Below are positions 45,593 through 59,100 of a stretch of DNA of 64,000 bases, one piece after another. Source of the DNA: Ramazzottius varieornatus (Eukaryota > Animalia > Tardigrada); NCBI GenBank assembly GCA_001949185.1, contig BDGG01000004.1:4311777-4375776 (forward strand). The letters are read 5' to 3'. The position numbers and the translations under genes are program-made. Within the stretch, counting starts at the first letter, position 1, and each line of letters begins with the position of its first letter. Under the pieces are notes generated by a model, which saw only the letters and a program-made list of their open reading frames with translations, was not told the DNA's origin and did no database searches.

Positions 45593-46059
45593 GTCCACCC
45601 CGGTCCACGCTCCCCAGTCCGGCCCACAAGGAGAGTCCCAAGCCAACCAAGCTTCGAAGAAACTCAAGCACGATTCCTCCGATTCCGCCTCGAACTAGAT
45701 CAGGTCAATTCCAGAAGGCTTAGGAAGAAGCAAATGTTTCAAGACGGAGTTCGTACTAACTCCGTAACTCGTAAGAAATCAGAATTTGAAAACCACAACA
45801 AAGAAGCCTTAAATGTCTTGTCGAGCGCATTAACACCGCAGCACTGAACACAATGCGAAAATATACCCAATCAATCCGATCAACGGGCGTGAACTTCTAC
45901 GGTACAGACGTGGGCTGAATCGTGCTGGTTGGCCGTGCTGCGCATCAGTGACGTGTAACTCATCTATTAATTCAATTTCTGCGAGTTCTAAATTCTCAAA
46001 GTTCTTGTTTTATAGATCGGCTGTGCTCCGATCCGGCAGGAAATTGGATTTACCGCAAG

Positions 46060-48021
46060 ATGCACGCATGCTTTCGGAGCACCAGACGGAGTTTCCATAC
46101 CTCAGCGCGCGGTTCACAAGCAACACAGACTGTCGGGAGATCACCAAATTATTCTTCCGCGCGCATTCTTAACCCTAGCTTGGGGGCCAAGATCAATATA
46201 TCACCAACTGCCTTCGCCGTATCGCCGGTGCTTCTTAGGATTGTCGATCTCCTACGCACCTCCACTTTTTCAGCCGCCTCACGAACGTTCGCAACAGCTG
46301 TGTACTCGGAAGATCTTGCGTTGCGGAAGGATGGCTCGAAAGATAAGAGGAAGCAGTGGGTTACCGGAGATCTGTTCGAAACGGTCCATCATTCTCAGCC
46401 CCCGGAAGTAGCTAAGCTTAACGTTCCTACCAGAGGTCCCAATCTCTCCAGGTCTGTTACCGAGAAAACAATCGACGAAAAGGACGATATTTTCGATCCG
46501 TCTGACGTACATCGACCGAAACAACCTTGGCCTTACAACCTTCAGGCGCAGTTCACTGATGCTGGCAGGAAAAGGTAGTCTCACCGGAAGTCGCGTATTC
46601 TCTACCGTAAAGCTTCCTTCGTTTGGAGTTTTTCTTCGATAACCGATTAGGCTTTAACTGTCTTATTCCTTCAGGAGAAGTGCCGGGCCGAAGGACGATC
46701 TACGGGGTGGAGACGTTGTGTTTGGAACGAACCCAGTCCTCTTAGCACTGCGACAACAACGGCGTAATATATACGGGCTCTTCATAACCGAGGCGAAATC
46801 TCTGTCTCAAGAACCGGAAATAAAAGACATACTGAGAATCTGCAAAGAGAGATCCATCCCGGTCGTCCAGATGCAGAGTGCTCAGTTGATGAGGTTGTCC
46901 GAAAATAGACCTCATCAAGTAGGTGGCTTCTGCTGGATTGGAGGAACTGCGCAGCGTTCCTCCGGGTACTTCAGTAGCATAATGCTTTCGTTGTCTTTCA
47001 GGGACTGTGCTTGGACTGCACGCCGTATCTTCCTGAGGAGATTGATCCTTCGACTCTGAAAGAGCAGAAACCCAACAGGAGAAATCAGCTTTGGCTCTTC
47101 CTTGATTCTGTCATGGTAGGTTGAACGAGCAGGTCTTATCGAGACGTTGACGCCCTGGTTTTTCCAGCTCAAAGGAAAGAATAGGGTATTGTTTGTTATA
47201 GGACCCCATGAACCTGGGAGCCATTCTTCGTTCGGGCTACTTCTTCGGCGTGGATAAATTTGTGTTGTTCAACAGGTTCGAAGACTGTGGAAACTAATCG
47301 TGTTGAAAGCCGGCGTTCCCGATAGTCGTGATACCCAGAAGGCGTTCTGTTCTACCTGTATCTTTAATTACCAGTCTTTTTTAGTTGCCCACCCACATCC
47401 ACTGTCAGCAAAGCAAGCGCCGGTGTGATGGAGATAGCTGAGATGAGCACCATTAGACCGAAAAGCATCAGGTCTTTCTTTTCGGTAAGGTATATATCAC
47501 CTCGTTGTTCTGGAAATGCAACAGAGCCATTATGTCTGACTGGATGAACTTATTTCAAGGTCCTGAAGGATCAGCATTGGTCAATCACTGCGACATGCAG
47601 TAAGAACGAACTGGTCCAGTTCTCTACTGCAGCAAAGAAGGGGCTTGAGTCATTGGAAGTCCGTGAAAATACGGTTCTTGTTATCGGTGAGACTGCGTCT
47701 TTTCATATTATGTCGAAGCGCTGAAATCCGGTTGCATTGCAGGAAACGAACACTCGGGAGTAAACAGTGATATCATACCTTTTTGTGATCAAGTCATCTC
47801 TGTCGAACCCGGAAATGACCAAGCTCTGGACCAGGCAAACTGCCTGAATGTATCTGTTGCGACTGGTGAGTCTCCTTTACTTATCCGCATAAGGTAAAGC
47901 AGTTTTGTCGAAAATCATAGCTTCTGATTTATTTGGACTTTTGTGTGTAGGTGTGATATTGAGTCAGATGGCCATAAAACGGAAACAGCAGTTGCAGCTG
48001 AACTTGAAGGAGCTTACTTGA
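46060..48021 (+). CDS. MRM1: Mitochondrial rRNA 2'-O-methyltransferase (SpoU family)
   Basis: Arg/Ser-rich presequence-like N-terminus; FGTNPVLLAL, RPHQ|GLCLD, DSVM|DPMNLGAILRS, VSKASAG, VIG|NEHSG, LNVSVATG. Confidence 0.88.
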
Positions 48022-48683
48022 ACCAGTCTTTAGCGCTTTTATTGAGCCATCCGGCCATAAGTTTTTCGTTCTAGATATCTGTTTCAAATTTATAGATCTT
48101 CCGACGTAATCAAGAATCGCGATCAATAGTTTGAAATTTACCTGGAGGCCCTGGCACAAAGCGAGTGCAAGACTCACCGTCAGACTGTCAAGTTTTGACA
48201 CAGAGTTTCAGGTTGATTGATCGCCGCCTTTTCTTCGCGCATTCTTTTAGTATTTCACCGTTTTGGGCCGAAGTTCATTGAACTTGGTAGTTGGTACGAA
48301 GTAGATTTTACTATCAAAATGTGCGCAAGACATGCTCGCAAAGTACCGCAAACTGGGTCAAACATTTTGCGACTGGCGCACACTGCATGCCGCGCAGTGT
48401 GCTTCCAACTTTCGCAAGCTGTAAGCTTTACGGAAAAAAGGCAGTCCCACAGTCTCCCACTCCCACACGGGGCCACTGGCCCAGCTGTGAAAACAAGTTT
48501 CCGTTGTTTTGGTTTCATATGGGTTGCGCAACGGCCGCAGCCGCCGCACTGACGAGCTGCTGACCATCGTGTTGCACATTTGACTTGGTTGATTGCTGCC
48601 AGAACGCATGGATGATTGTTTGATAGGCACTACTTTCAGTTTGTGCAGCGCGATGTTCAGCAGCTCGTCAGTGAACGGCCGAG

Positions 48684-49951
48684 ATGCCGAGTGGGCAGGC
48701 CAACGTTCCTTCTGGCCCATTCAGCGAGGGCCAACAAGGCAGACGTAGAGACCTGCAGAGGTTGCTGGAGAGGTCACGAAAGTGAGTGAAATTAGGCTAG
48801 GTCAGGGTTATATACCGGGCTAAAGGTCAGACCCGCGGCCAGTTGCGGACCACACCTCCACATGCGCATTGGTTGTGATTCCGAACCGTGTCTGGCAGGC
48901 ACTGTCTGCTGCAGTGTTGAACAGGTACAGGTATCGTCAGTGTTGAACGCGGTACCGGTATTACCTAAGTACAATACCGGAGATATCCATAGCTCCACAT
49001 TAGGTATTACCTGTTGAATACCCGGGTAATACCGAACACCGCTGGTAACGATACCTGTACCTGTTCAACACTGGGTATCGCTACCAGCGGTATTCGGTAT
49101 TACCCGGGTGTTTGACAGGTAATACCTAATGCTGAGCTATTGATATCTCCGGTATTGTACTTAGGCAATACCGATACCGCGTTTAACACTGGTCTGCTGC
49201 CGTGTGAACGGAAAGCCGTCGTTAAAAGTTAGCAATCAACGTAGTAATAAGTGATCAAGGCGTAGGCAAGTGTTCAAGTTTCACGTGTATCTACCGTCGG
49301 TTTCTTCGTATTTTGAGATTGATAGGCCTTACAAGGAGAATTTGTTTGAACGATCGATCGAGTCATTCTGCACTAAATGGATTGCACTGAAGACTGAATG
49401 CACAGCTGATGTGAAATGGCCAATCAGCTGTGTCACGCTTTCGCGTTCGGTGTAGTAATGTGGCCAAACTGCTAAACCCTAAGTCAAAGAGGGTAGTTGG
49501 GGGGACCTATTTTCGTGACTTTGTGACCTCCCCAGCAACGTCTGCAGCCGTACTGTTTACAAAAAATAATCTCATGTTCTCATCTCGCAGATTCTCACTC
49601 CTTACCATCCTCCTTTTGCTTGTCGTCTAGTGAGGAATGCGATGGGAATATACCCTACATCTGACTGATAACTATACGGCAAGAAAGGGCTTTAATCTTT
49701 ATTCATAGGTGGCAACTAGCTTCTGAAGACCATCCTGGAGACTGGAACAGCTGGAAGTTTGGAGCGATTGTCGTTCAGGAGTACTATCCTTCTACCGAAC
49801 ATCAGCTAACGCCGCTGGAGTTCCTCCCGCAAGGTACTATTAAGGCTTCAGGTGGCCTGACAAGATTAAGGGATTGCTGCGGGAGTCGCTTGCAGCTGGA
49901 TAACTTGTTGGAGACTGAGCTTCGTTATGGTCTTGTTTTACAGGTGTATAA
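48684..49951 (+). CDS. Candidate 3-exon microprotein gene (76 aa), not in the ORF track
   Basis: Exons 48684-48781, 49709-49833 and 49944-49951 with aa|gtgagt, tcatag|g, caag|gtac and ttacag|gt; phases are compatible; AATAAA at ~50078. Confidence 0.5.
48912..49191. mobile_element. 136-bp hAT MITE containing an inverted copy of the same MITE (48938-49073)
   Basis: Outer TSD gtctgctg at 48904-11 and 49192-99; inner TSD ggtatcgt/ggtatcgc at 48930-37 and 49074-81; cagtgtt termini. Confidence 0.92.
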
Positions 49952-50390
49952 TCTGTATGGCCAGCTAGGTGGAGAAGTTTGCGCTTTTCCCCACGTCCTC
50001 CTCGATCTCCAGGCGCTGTTACAGTTTTTACAGTAGTTTTCAGCGAAGACAATGGTGGAAGCTGCAACTCCGAAGGAATAAACATTAAACTACGTCACGG
50101 CCAGACGGAACCACTTCAATTGTTACCTTCGTGATTACAATTCACCAATGCGTCGTCACTTTCTCGAGTACGTTACGTGTGGATTTGCTGGCGAATCTAT
50201 CCTTTTCGACAAAAGAGCTCCACGCTCGACTTGCAGTGCAGCAAGGCTCTCAATTCTGGTCGTTTTCCGACGCATCTGAGGTAGTGTGGTATATCACCGT
50301 CGTCAACATTGTACTTCTGTTAGGCATATCTTCTAATTATATATACACGCTATGCCACGGAAGATATTCTTGCATTTTGCAGGTTCTAAT

Positions 50391-52543
50391 ATGGCCACAA
50401 AGACAGTAACCAAAGCTGATACTGGAAGTGCTGAGGAAGTTGCAGATTTGGAAAAGTTTCTGTCGATATTGTCTCTGAAAACAGCGACTATCATAACAGA
50501 AGCGCGCCGTGGTGGGAAATTCACATCTGACTGCAATCCTCAGCCAACACATGCAGACTGGGTAACGCATGCGTCAACTTCTTCCCCGGATGTTCGGTTG
50601 TGAATTGTGTTTATTTTTGCAGTTTGGGTTAGCAGTTCGCGAATCCGCCCAGCTGCGTCAAGAGGTGAAGGATCTAACAAAGGATCATGTGTCCGTAATG
50701 GACAAAGCATTCGGCGTGGCCGTCGTTGCACAACTGCCCACACTAGAGGAGATTCCTCTCGAGTACTGGTGGCTATGGTTTGACCCGTCGGTTGTTGAAA
50801 AGGATATTCAAGTCAAGTCAACAGTGTATAATCGCATGGCCACATTGTTGAGGTCCATCGCCGTTGTGCTCCGCGCTAGTCCTATGAACAGGTTTGTTTG
50901 CTGGCTCCTCTTCACCGAATTGTCTACAACTTTGCGCATGACATGTGGTAAATAACCATTGTTCTCTCTGCAGACTTGTCAGACAAAATGACTATTTCAA
51001 ATTTACACACAAACTGTTCGTTGGCGATCCTGATGTGCGCGAGTTGCAGACAGTGGCCAAAACATTCAAGGTACGAGCATATCTTTGTCCAGTCCAGTCA
51101 GTCTCTACCATGCACGTACAGTAAGTTTCCCAAAACCAGCCGCAACTCAGGCCAACAAAGTCGACCAGATCGTTCCATACATCTCTGTACGTGTACTGCT
51201 GGAATACTTGTAGTGATTAGCGACTGCTCATAAAGACGTATTTGGCGGAGGAAATTTTGCCTCTCACGATTTTGATAAAACTAGCGCGACGAACCTGTAC
51301 GACATTTTGTTGGTCAACGACAATAGACAGTGTGATCGTCGACAAACGACAGTTTTGCTGAGCTTCAGCCATGATGGACTTTTTCGAGTCTAACAATCGC
51401 GTGTTGCAGATTGGCCCGCTGAAAACGCCGCTCGGTTCCATATACTTTTCCGGCGCCTGTCGCGAAACGGCTTTCTCGGATAGCCCAGTTTCCCACCCGC
51501 TGACCGAACCACTTCTTCGAGGTACTCGCACTCGCGAGCAGGAAGCCGTGAATGAAATCCCAAGTATGGTCGCCGCAGCCAAAGGAACAGAACGCGCCGT
51601 TGCCTCCTCACCAAGAGCTTCGCCTCTCCTCGACATGAAACGTCGTAACGATGACGGCACGCCACGTCAAATCCGCTTTTCTACCAACGGCAACAATGAC
51701 AAGCCTCGAACCTTTGCGGAGTTACAGTACACCGGAGCGTTCGCTTCACCGGCGAAGCCTTCTTCAGATAGTGAGGAAGATACTTATGAGATTCCGGATA
51801 GTGCGTTCGCCGAGTTGGTGAACTTCCCCGACGACGAGGACCTGGATGGTCCGGTGGTCAGTATTGCGCCGGGGTTAAGTAAGACACATCCAAAGTCGAT
51901 CCTGAAGGAGACGTCGAGTAGAAGTAGCCTCGAAGGAAAGATGGAAATCGGGGCTGCTTTACCAAGCTTTCCACTTCTCGATCACCTTACGCTGATCGAC
52001 GATGGCTTCGGAGACGAAGATGACGAGGGTGATATGGTGGTACATTATATTCCCTAATTTCCAGTGTTTGGGGACTTAGCAGACAAACTGGACAAGATTG
52101 TTTTTTCAAGTGGCGCTCATTGTCAGTGTCATTGGCTGAAAACGTGCGCCGCCTGGAAAAGACGATCTTGCCGAGGGTGCTTGGCATAGTCCTATATGAT
52201 TTTGTGAATAATAATCAAGTTTGTAATAATCTTGCTGATCGAGATATTGGATTCATCGATTTTTTCAATTGAGCAAGAGGAATGTAGATTGTGTTTGCAG
52301 AGACCGGCGTTTGCTCCACCAAGAAGTCAGCTTGGTTCGCAAGATTTGGTTGCTTTCTACCGCGAGTGCCAAACAGCGCCAGACAGCCTGACGTTTCTGG
52401 ACAAGAAGAACATGAGCGTGGTCCGGACTGTGAAGACTTTATCTCAAAAGTTGGTCGGACTAGAAAGTGAACTGGCCGAGTTTGAGAAGTTTGTTGATGA
52501 TCTGAAACAATCTGGAGACGAAGCTTCGTGGATCATGAGCTGA
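50391..52543 (+). CDS. ATG13: Autophagy-related protein 13
   Basis: HORMA: DLEKFLSILSLKTATIITEAR, DW|FGL, LEYW, VYNRMATLLRS, IGPLKTPLGSI; C-terminal RPAF...DLVAFYRECQTAP...EFEKFVDDL. Confidence 0.9.
52072..52192. repeat. Palindromic hairpin family, copy 5 (last ATG13 intron)
   Basis: acaaactggacaagattgttttttcaagtggcgctc...cagtgtcattggctgaaaacgtgcgccgcctggaaaagacgatcttgccgag. Confidence 0.85.
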
Positions 52544-53119
52544 CAACAGTCAGCACGACTTTCTTTCTCCTTCTTTGTAGTTAGTACAGCTTTTTTCCCC
52601 GCTCCTGTATTTTCTTCAGAAGTGACTAGACCTGTATATAATGTAAGCTCGTGCTGGGACTTCTCCATGGTGCAATTGTACAGAACTTTTATGCTCAAAA
52701 TTAGTTTATTTATCGAGTGAATTTTACTCATCGAACTGCGCTGAATAACCCTACGTCTCGCCTCAAATTTTTATTTTGTTACGCATAGTCATTTCTATAC
52801 TACTCTACCTGCAGGTCTTGTATTGTGTCACTTTGTACAGTTTTCTAAGATTTACATAAAATAAAGTTCAAATTCTTCAGTTTTGAGAAATGTTATATTC
52901 ATCCAAGTGAATATCCATTTACTGTCACTTATCCAGGTTTCTCGAAGAGGAGGCTTGGCATCAACGCACCAAGAAAAAGATCAATTCAGATATGGAAAAT
53001 GGAAATCACGGTAGTTTCAATCGAACTACAAAGTTACAAACTACAAAGTTATCTTAGAACCGCAAAAACATTGTTCCAAACACAGCCGCAAGGTAAAAGC
53101 ACCAACAGAAATCAAGTAC

Positions 53120-56100
53120 TCAGTAAGCCGCGCTGCTTTCTGTCAACATCTCAATCCTTTTCCTCTTTTCATGGGCCAATGCCACCCAACTAGGAACCGT
53201 TGAACTCAAAGTACCACACGAAACTTGTGAGGAAAGCGGCGTCATTTTCGTGGTCTTATTCGTCACTAGAGGTTTCAATGGCACCGCCGGCACCGATGCC
53301 GTCCATGTAGAGTCTGTCAAGGGATACTGACTCTGCGACAGCGTAGTCTTCAACGGCACTTCCGCCTTCACTTCCGCCTCTGTCACTTTACTATTCGTTG
53401 ATTGTGAAAGCTCGTTGGCGGACGCTGCAGGTCGTCGTATCGACCCTCGAGTGACCGAACCACTCTTTACCCTATCGTTGTCCCCATTCCTTGGAGAAAG
53501 AGGCTTGAAGTCTGCTACGCTCTTCTGCTGGAAGATGGCGGCTCGTGAGGAGACTTTTGGGTATGGAATAACGTCGTCGGAAGCAGTGGCTTTTGTGGAA
53601 GTGGTGGTTAATACTGGGAAGAACGCCTCTTGCGGCATTAGGTTCTCTTGGTCGGCTGACGAGTCGTTCTTGGAAGGCTCAAACATCGACCGTCTCCATG
53701 TTGTGTTCTTCCTGCGGATGTTCTCGTTGGAGGGTGGTTGGTCGGTTCGGAGACTGGGGAATTCGACAGGTTGGAAGCGCTTGAGCGGCTGTGGCTCGGA
53801 GGACCTTCTTGCAACAGGTGAGCTGACCGGAAGGTCCGAAAGCAGAGTGCTGCTGTCCGAAAGTGGCTTCTCCTTGATGGAAGAATCTGTGAAGATTGAG
53901 CGGAAAGGTTGAATGGACTGATACACGTCGATCTTCTTTGCTTCGGGCCTGGCGAAAGTATCTTCCATCGGCATGAAGAGCTTCTTCTTCGATTGGGTGG
54001 AGGTGTTTTCTTCGCTGGTAGTCTTGTGCTCTGTGTTGGTAACGCTGTTGGGCATCCAAGGTGTCGGCTGCTCCCTGGTGGTGTCGAGTGTCTTTTGTAG
54101 CGGGAATGGTCTCGTCGACAGTGAGTCCAGTAGTGCGAGGTTAGTAGCCAAGTCGAAAATGTTATTCTTTAGAGAACTCTCTGCGTTGCTTTCACCACTG
54201 GCCTTGTTATCGTGCGTCACGGCAGTTTTTTGAGTCTTCAGGTGTTTCAAAATTGGCACTAGTGGACGCTGTACCTGCGAGTTGAAGCTAGAGCGTACGT
54301 GTTCCAGTTTAGCGAAAGTAGGTTCCATGGCAGGCACTTCTTTCACTTCGGCACCTCTTCGGAAAGACACTGGCGACTGCACAGTAGCAACTTCGGAGGA
54401 TGCCGGCTTCAACACAGGGGAAAGCGGTTTACTCAACGGCGTAGGCTGGACTGCGACAACAAGCGGAAAGACCGCTGAGACCTGGTCACCGTCCAGCTCT
54501 TGTAGATGAGCACTCCTCTTGGCAAGGATCTTCATTAGTTCTTCTTCACCTCTGGACTGACTAGGCTCGCTCATTAGTCCACTCTTCGCCCGTACCACAG
54601 GCTTCGGCGATACTAAAGGCGCCGAAACCTTCGTAGTCAAGGTCACCTCAAAAGAGGACTTGCGATCCGGAATACTTATCGGAACCGAAGAGAAATCGTT
54701 AATGGACTTTGCGGAAAAATCTTCTCTAAGAGGATCAGGAGTTGTAATCTTAATTGGTTCTTCCATGGGAGGAAGAGCAGGTAGCCTGCGGTACTCGATC
54801 GAGGGTTTCTCCAACACGGCAGGTGGCGACATCGAGCTTGGCAGCTCGGAACTTTCGCTACGAGCCATCCCGATATCACTCGAGTGGAAGGGCGAAGGGC
54901 TCGAAACAGGGGAAGACACGGTTTCTCGTCTGACGATCGAGATGGTTTCCTGCTTGATGGGGAAGTAGTCCATTTTCTTGAAAGGTAGGATGGGGTTGCT
55001 TTGTTTGAAAGACGACGCTGAGGAGAAAGAGGGGATGTGCGACTGAAACTGCGCAGGTATGGCCGGCTGTTTCGAGACGTCGGCCAACATGTCACTTATC
55101 GTGCTAGAGCTCTTCCGGTGGTGCTCGGTTGAAGCACTGTGCTTCCTTTCTACCGCTCGATGGACTGGCTGGGTCAACACTATACTGTTCGCTTTGGCCA
55201 GTGGCAAGTGCGACGCGGGAAGACTGAACGGATCGGAAGAGAGAGCATCCTTCGGTAGCAAACCTTAAAAAAAAGAAAAATGTTATACGTGACAACAAAT
55301 CATAAATTGAGAGCTCGACAAACAAACTCAACAAGACTGTTTTTCCCAATGGCGCACACACACAGCCAATAACACTGAAAACGTGCGCCACTTGACAAAG
55401 CAATCTTGTAGAGTTTGAATGATCTATAACTGAAAAACGAAAGGCAATAATGATGAAAAAATCTTTGTATAAGAAACTTTTGTGTATATGAACGTCGAGG
55501 AATAGTCAGGTCATATTCTGATCTGGTAAAACATACTCTGTGGTTCTTCAAAATTTGTGGAGATGACCGTGTCGAAGGAGTCAGCATCGGTGTGCTTGCG
55601 GAACTTGGAGAAGATCTTCTTGAATTCCTCATTGTCGGTACTGAAAGTCTTGGGTGGTACTAGGGGTGGCGTCGATCTGCTGACAAGAGGTTGATGTCGA
55701 GCTAAGCGCGGACTAATTGAAGCGGCAATGGGTGTTGACGCAGCCGAGGACTCTGAAGATGCTCGGCGTGCGACGTGGAATGACTTTGAATAGGCTAACG
55801 TCGAGGCTTTGCGCGGTGTGTGCTCACGAATTGTTGACTGAGGTGAGGGCTGACTTTGACGTGCATCCGCAAACGCCGACGTCTTGGGCAGGATCTCGTA
55901 GGTCGCTTCCACCTGCGACACTACCGTCACAGAGTGACGGGATGTGCTCGTGTCGTGGTTGTGGGATATCGGCAAGGTGGGAAGGGAGAACTCTGGACGA
56001 GTTGGCAAGCTCTTCGGACTTGTCTCCAGAGTCTGCAACAAACAAGAAACGTCTTAATGAAACAGTGGGAAATAATACACGAGTAATTTCGTAGCAGATT

Positions 56101-59100
56101 GTCAATGTGTTAGATTCTTCCCTATCAACCAGGATACACCGAAGTAACAAACCCTTTGCTCATTTGAGTCATTTCGAACACAGAGCTATGACGAACTTTG
56201 TTGGAGAAAATCCCGTAACAGAAGTATAGAAACTGCTTGAAGACTTTTGATGATAATTATTGAACAAGCAGGCGGTGACGTCAGCGCAGGATTCGATGAC
56301 GTTACGCGCCTGTTAAGTAAACATGTGTATGCGACAGCGGACTAATGATCAGTGCCACGCTCGTGGGCGGAAATGAGCAACGCAGGCTAGACGGCCGCAG
56401 TTTTTTGCAAGTACCAATGCCTGGCTTAACAAGGCAGTCAAAAAACAATGGCAAGAAAGCGTCGGCAAAAGCAAAAACCGCTAACTGCATGCAAAATTAC
56501 AGTCTGAGGTAGCGAAAGGCTACGGTGCGAGTTAGTTCGTAGCCGCTCATTTCCTGTGGCGTTCGCTATACTTACCGGGTGGAAACTCTTGGGCCGTCGA
56601 TTTTTTGGCTTTATGGCGATACGATGCTTGGCTGCTTCATGTGATAAGAGACTGGTTTGTGCGGTGGGCATCGCTTGGAAACCTTCATTCAAATCACCAG
56701 CGCCACGCTTCTCGTCATACATCACCGAGTAACGGGACGAAGTGGTCATCTCCATATCCGAGGTGGTGGTGAAGCTGGCCATGCTGTTGGAACTGCTTTC
56801 AAAGTTGGACGTGGCAGTCCGGAAGGGGAAAGTGGTAGAATCGGGACGCACACGAGCAGAGAAGCGTTGATCGTTCGTCCCGGAATTCAGCCGTTTAGCT
56901 CGAACGAACATTTTCTTCTCCAATTCCGTCTGCAGGAAAAGAAAGTCAACATCATCATCATGGGAGCTAGTGCAAATGTCAGACAGACAAACACAAGTAT
57001 CCACCACAAAGACAGGCTGGACGGAAGGGTGTATCGATCAAGAGCAGCTACTTAGCGCCGCCAACAGCCACCACGACAACAGCGACATCGAGCGTCACGG
57101 GCAGCACTAATGACCACCAAAGTCAGTGCTAAAGAGAGTCTCTCGGGCCACTACACACTTCCTCCGATCGATATACGTACGTATTGTATAAAGATGGCTA
57201 ACTGTTTACTAAAAGCGTTCGACCCTCAAAGCCATTGAAGCCACCCCCAAATTAATTATTAAAATCAATCCAACATTACCGGCGCCGAAAGAAGCCTGAA
57301 GTTACAGTAATTGGGAAAGGCAAAGAAAATATGATTGAAAAATTCCACCAATTATCCGACTGGAAACAGAATGGCATGTAATATCATGTAGAATTCGGAA
57401 AGCTGTTCTTCCTCTTTTGAAATTAGAACGGATATTCGCTTGTTTGTTATGAACTCATTTAGCTTGCAAAGTGACCATTATATGCATGCAGGAAGATAAA
57501 CGATCACGAGTTCTGCATGCAAATTATTCGCTCCTTTTGTGCTCTCTTGAGGGAGGATCGATGAAAGGGGTTAAAGTTAAAATTACCCTTAAAGCATTGG
57601 AAATGTCCATTAAAGATGAGACATTGCCGGCCGGGATAGAGCCGGAGCTGTGTTCGTCGCTGGTACTGGCAGTGAAGCCTCGCGACGTTCGTATCATTTT
57701 CCGTCCAAAGTCCTTTGGGAAAATACTGTCGTGGGAGACACTTCGTTGGCTGACCGCTTTCAGCTTCAGTCCATTTTCATCACATGGCCTAGAAGATGTA
57801 CAAACATGATATTACTATACAAAATGCAAACAACAATTGTTTCGAATCCATATCTCCCCGTGTCAGTTGCGCGCATATGAAATTCGATCAAGCGTACCAC
57901 CAAAGGAATGCAATATCAACAGCTGGTCAGACAAACGAGACAAATCGTTTTCCACATTTACCGAGAAGTTAGCAAGAAGAAATGCAGTGCTTGCCTGAAG
58001 GAGACCACAAACTTCAAGGCAGAGGAAGGGCGATCACGCTCAGCACATATACGGGAGAATGCAGGGTGTGTCTACTTGTGCTGCCCGCGCTGCAAAATGA
58101 CTGAACTTGAGAGTCTGAGCGTTCGAGTGGCCAACCAGCACATCAGCACCATACAACGCTATCAGCTGTGATGTGCAGACAAAAGCTCGTCAGCCCTTTC
58201 CTGAAGCATTAACTTCAAAACCATCGAGAAAAACCCATCAAATTAGTCTGTTAAAAACTTGAAATATTCAAATGTTCATCAATCTGAATCGACCCGTCGC
58301 ATGTTGTCAGGGATCGTGACGTCACTGCGGAAATTCGGAAGACCCAAACAAACCGTAGAAAAAGGTCCACAAGACCGAATATTTTTGTCAGATGAAGCAG
58401 GAAGACCTTATAAGGCTGAATGACCGATATGATCGGAAGTTCAGTTGCCTATGGCCAGTTATCGGATTATATCAAGAAGGATTTTCAACGCGACAGTATA
58501 ATGGTCACGGGGAAAGTTTATCAAGCACATGGTCAGACAAAATGATATAACGACGTGTCAGAAGTACGTACTGAAAGTGAATAGACTACTCGGACACTTG
58601 ATCAGCCCATATATTGTTATTCAGTGGCAATATTGACAAGAGGTTTGTCCCGATATGCTGGGGGAAAGTTTCGGATGGTGGCAGTAGTGCATTAGCCGTT
58701 AGCGCATGTCGAGGATGGACGCCATCATTTGCCACACAAAGGCTAATCCCGGGATTTCCGCTTGACCAAAAGCCAGCAAAGAGCGTCACAGATTATTGAC
58801 AATACCAGACGCAGTTATTGCGATATACAGTCGCCTCTTGGCAAAGCTTGAATTTCGTCCATAAAAGTTTGACAAGTTCAGGGTTCTTTTGTCCTTTGTG
58901 CCGGCTCGAAAAATCCGTCTAGGATGATTTCAATATCAGAGGCATAAAAACTGCCGGCAAAGTAGACCGCGACATTCAACAAACACCGAAAGAGCCTATC
59001 TCAGTTTGACTTATGCCGGCTCTGATGCATAACCACACTAACTTTCGATTACGGCACCATTTTCGCACGCTCAAGAACCAGGCTCGAAACTTGGTGAGTT

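Noticed and set aside
57908-58171. Plus-strand ORF with two CxxC pairs inside the CRACD-like intron
   Set aside because: Short, with no recognisable domain or splice support.
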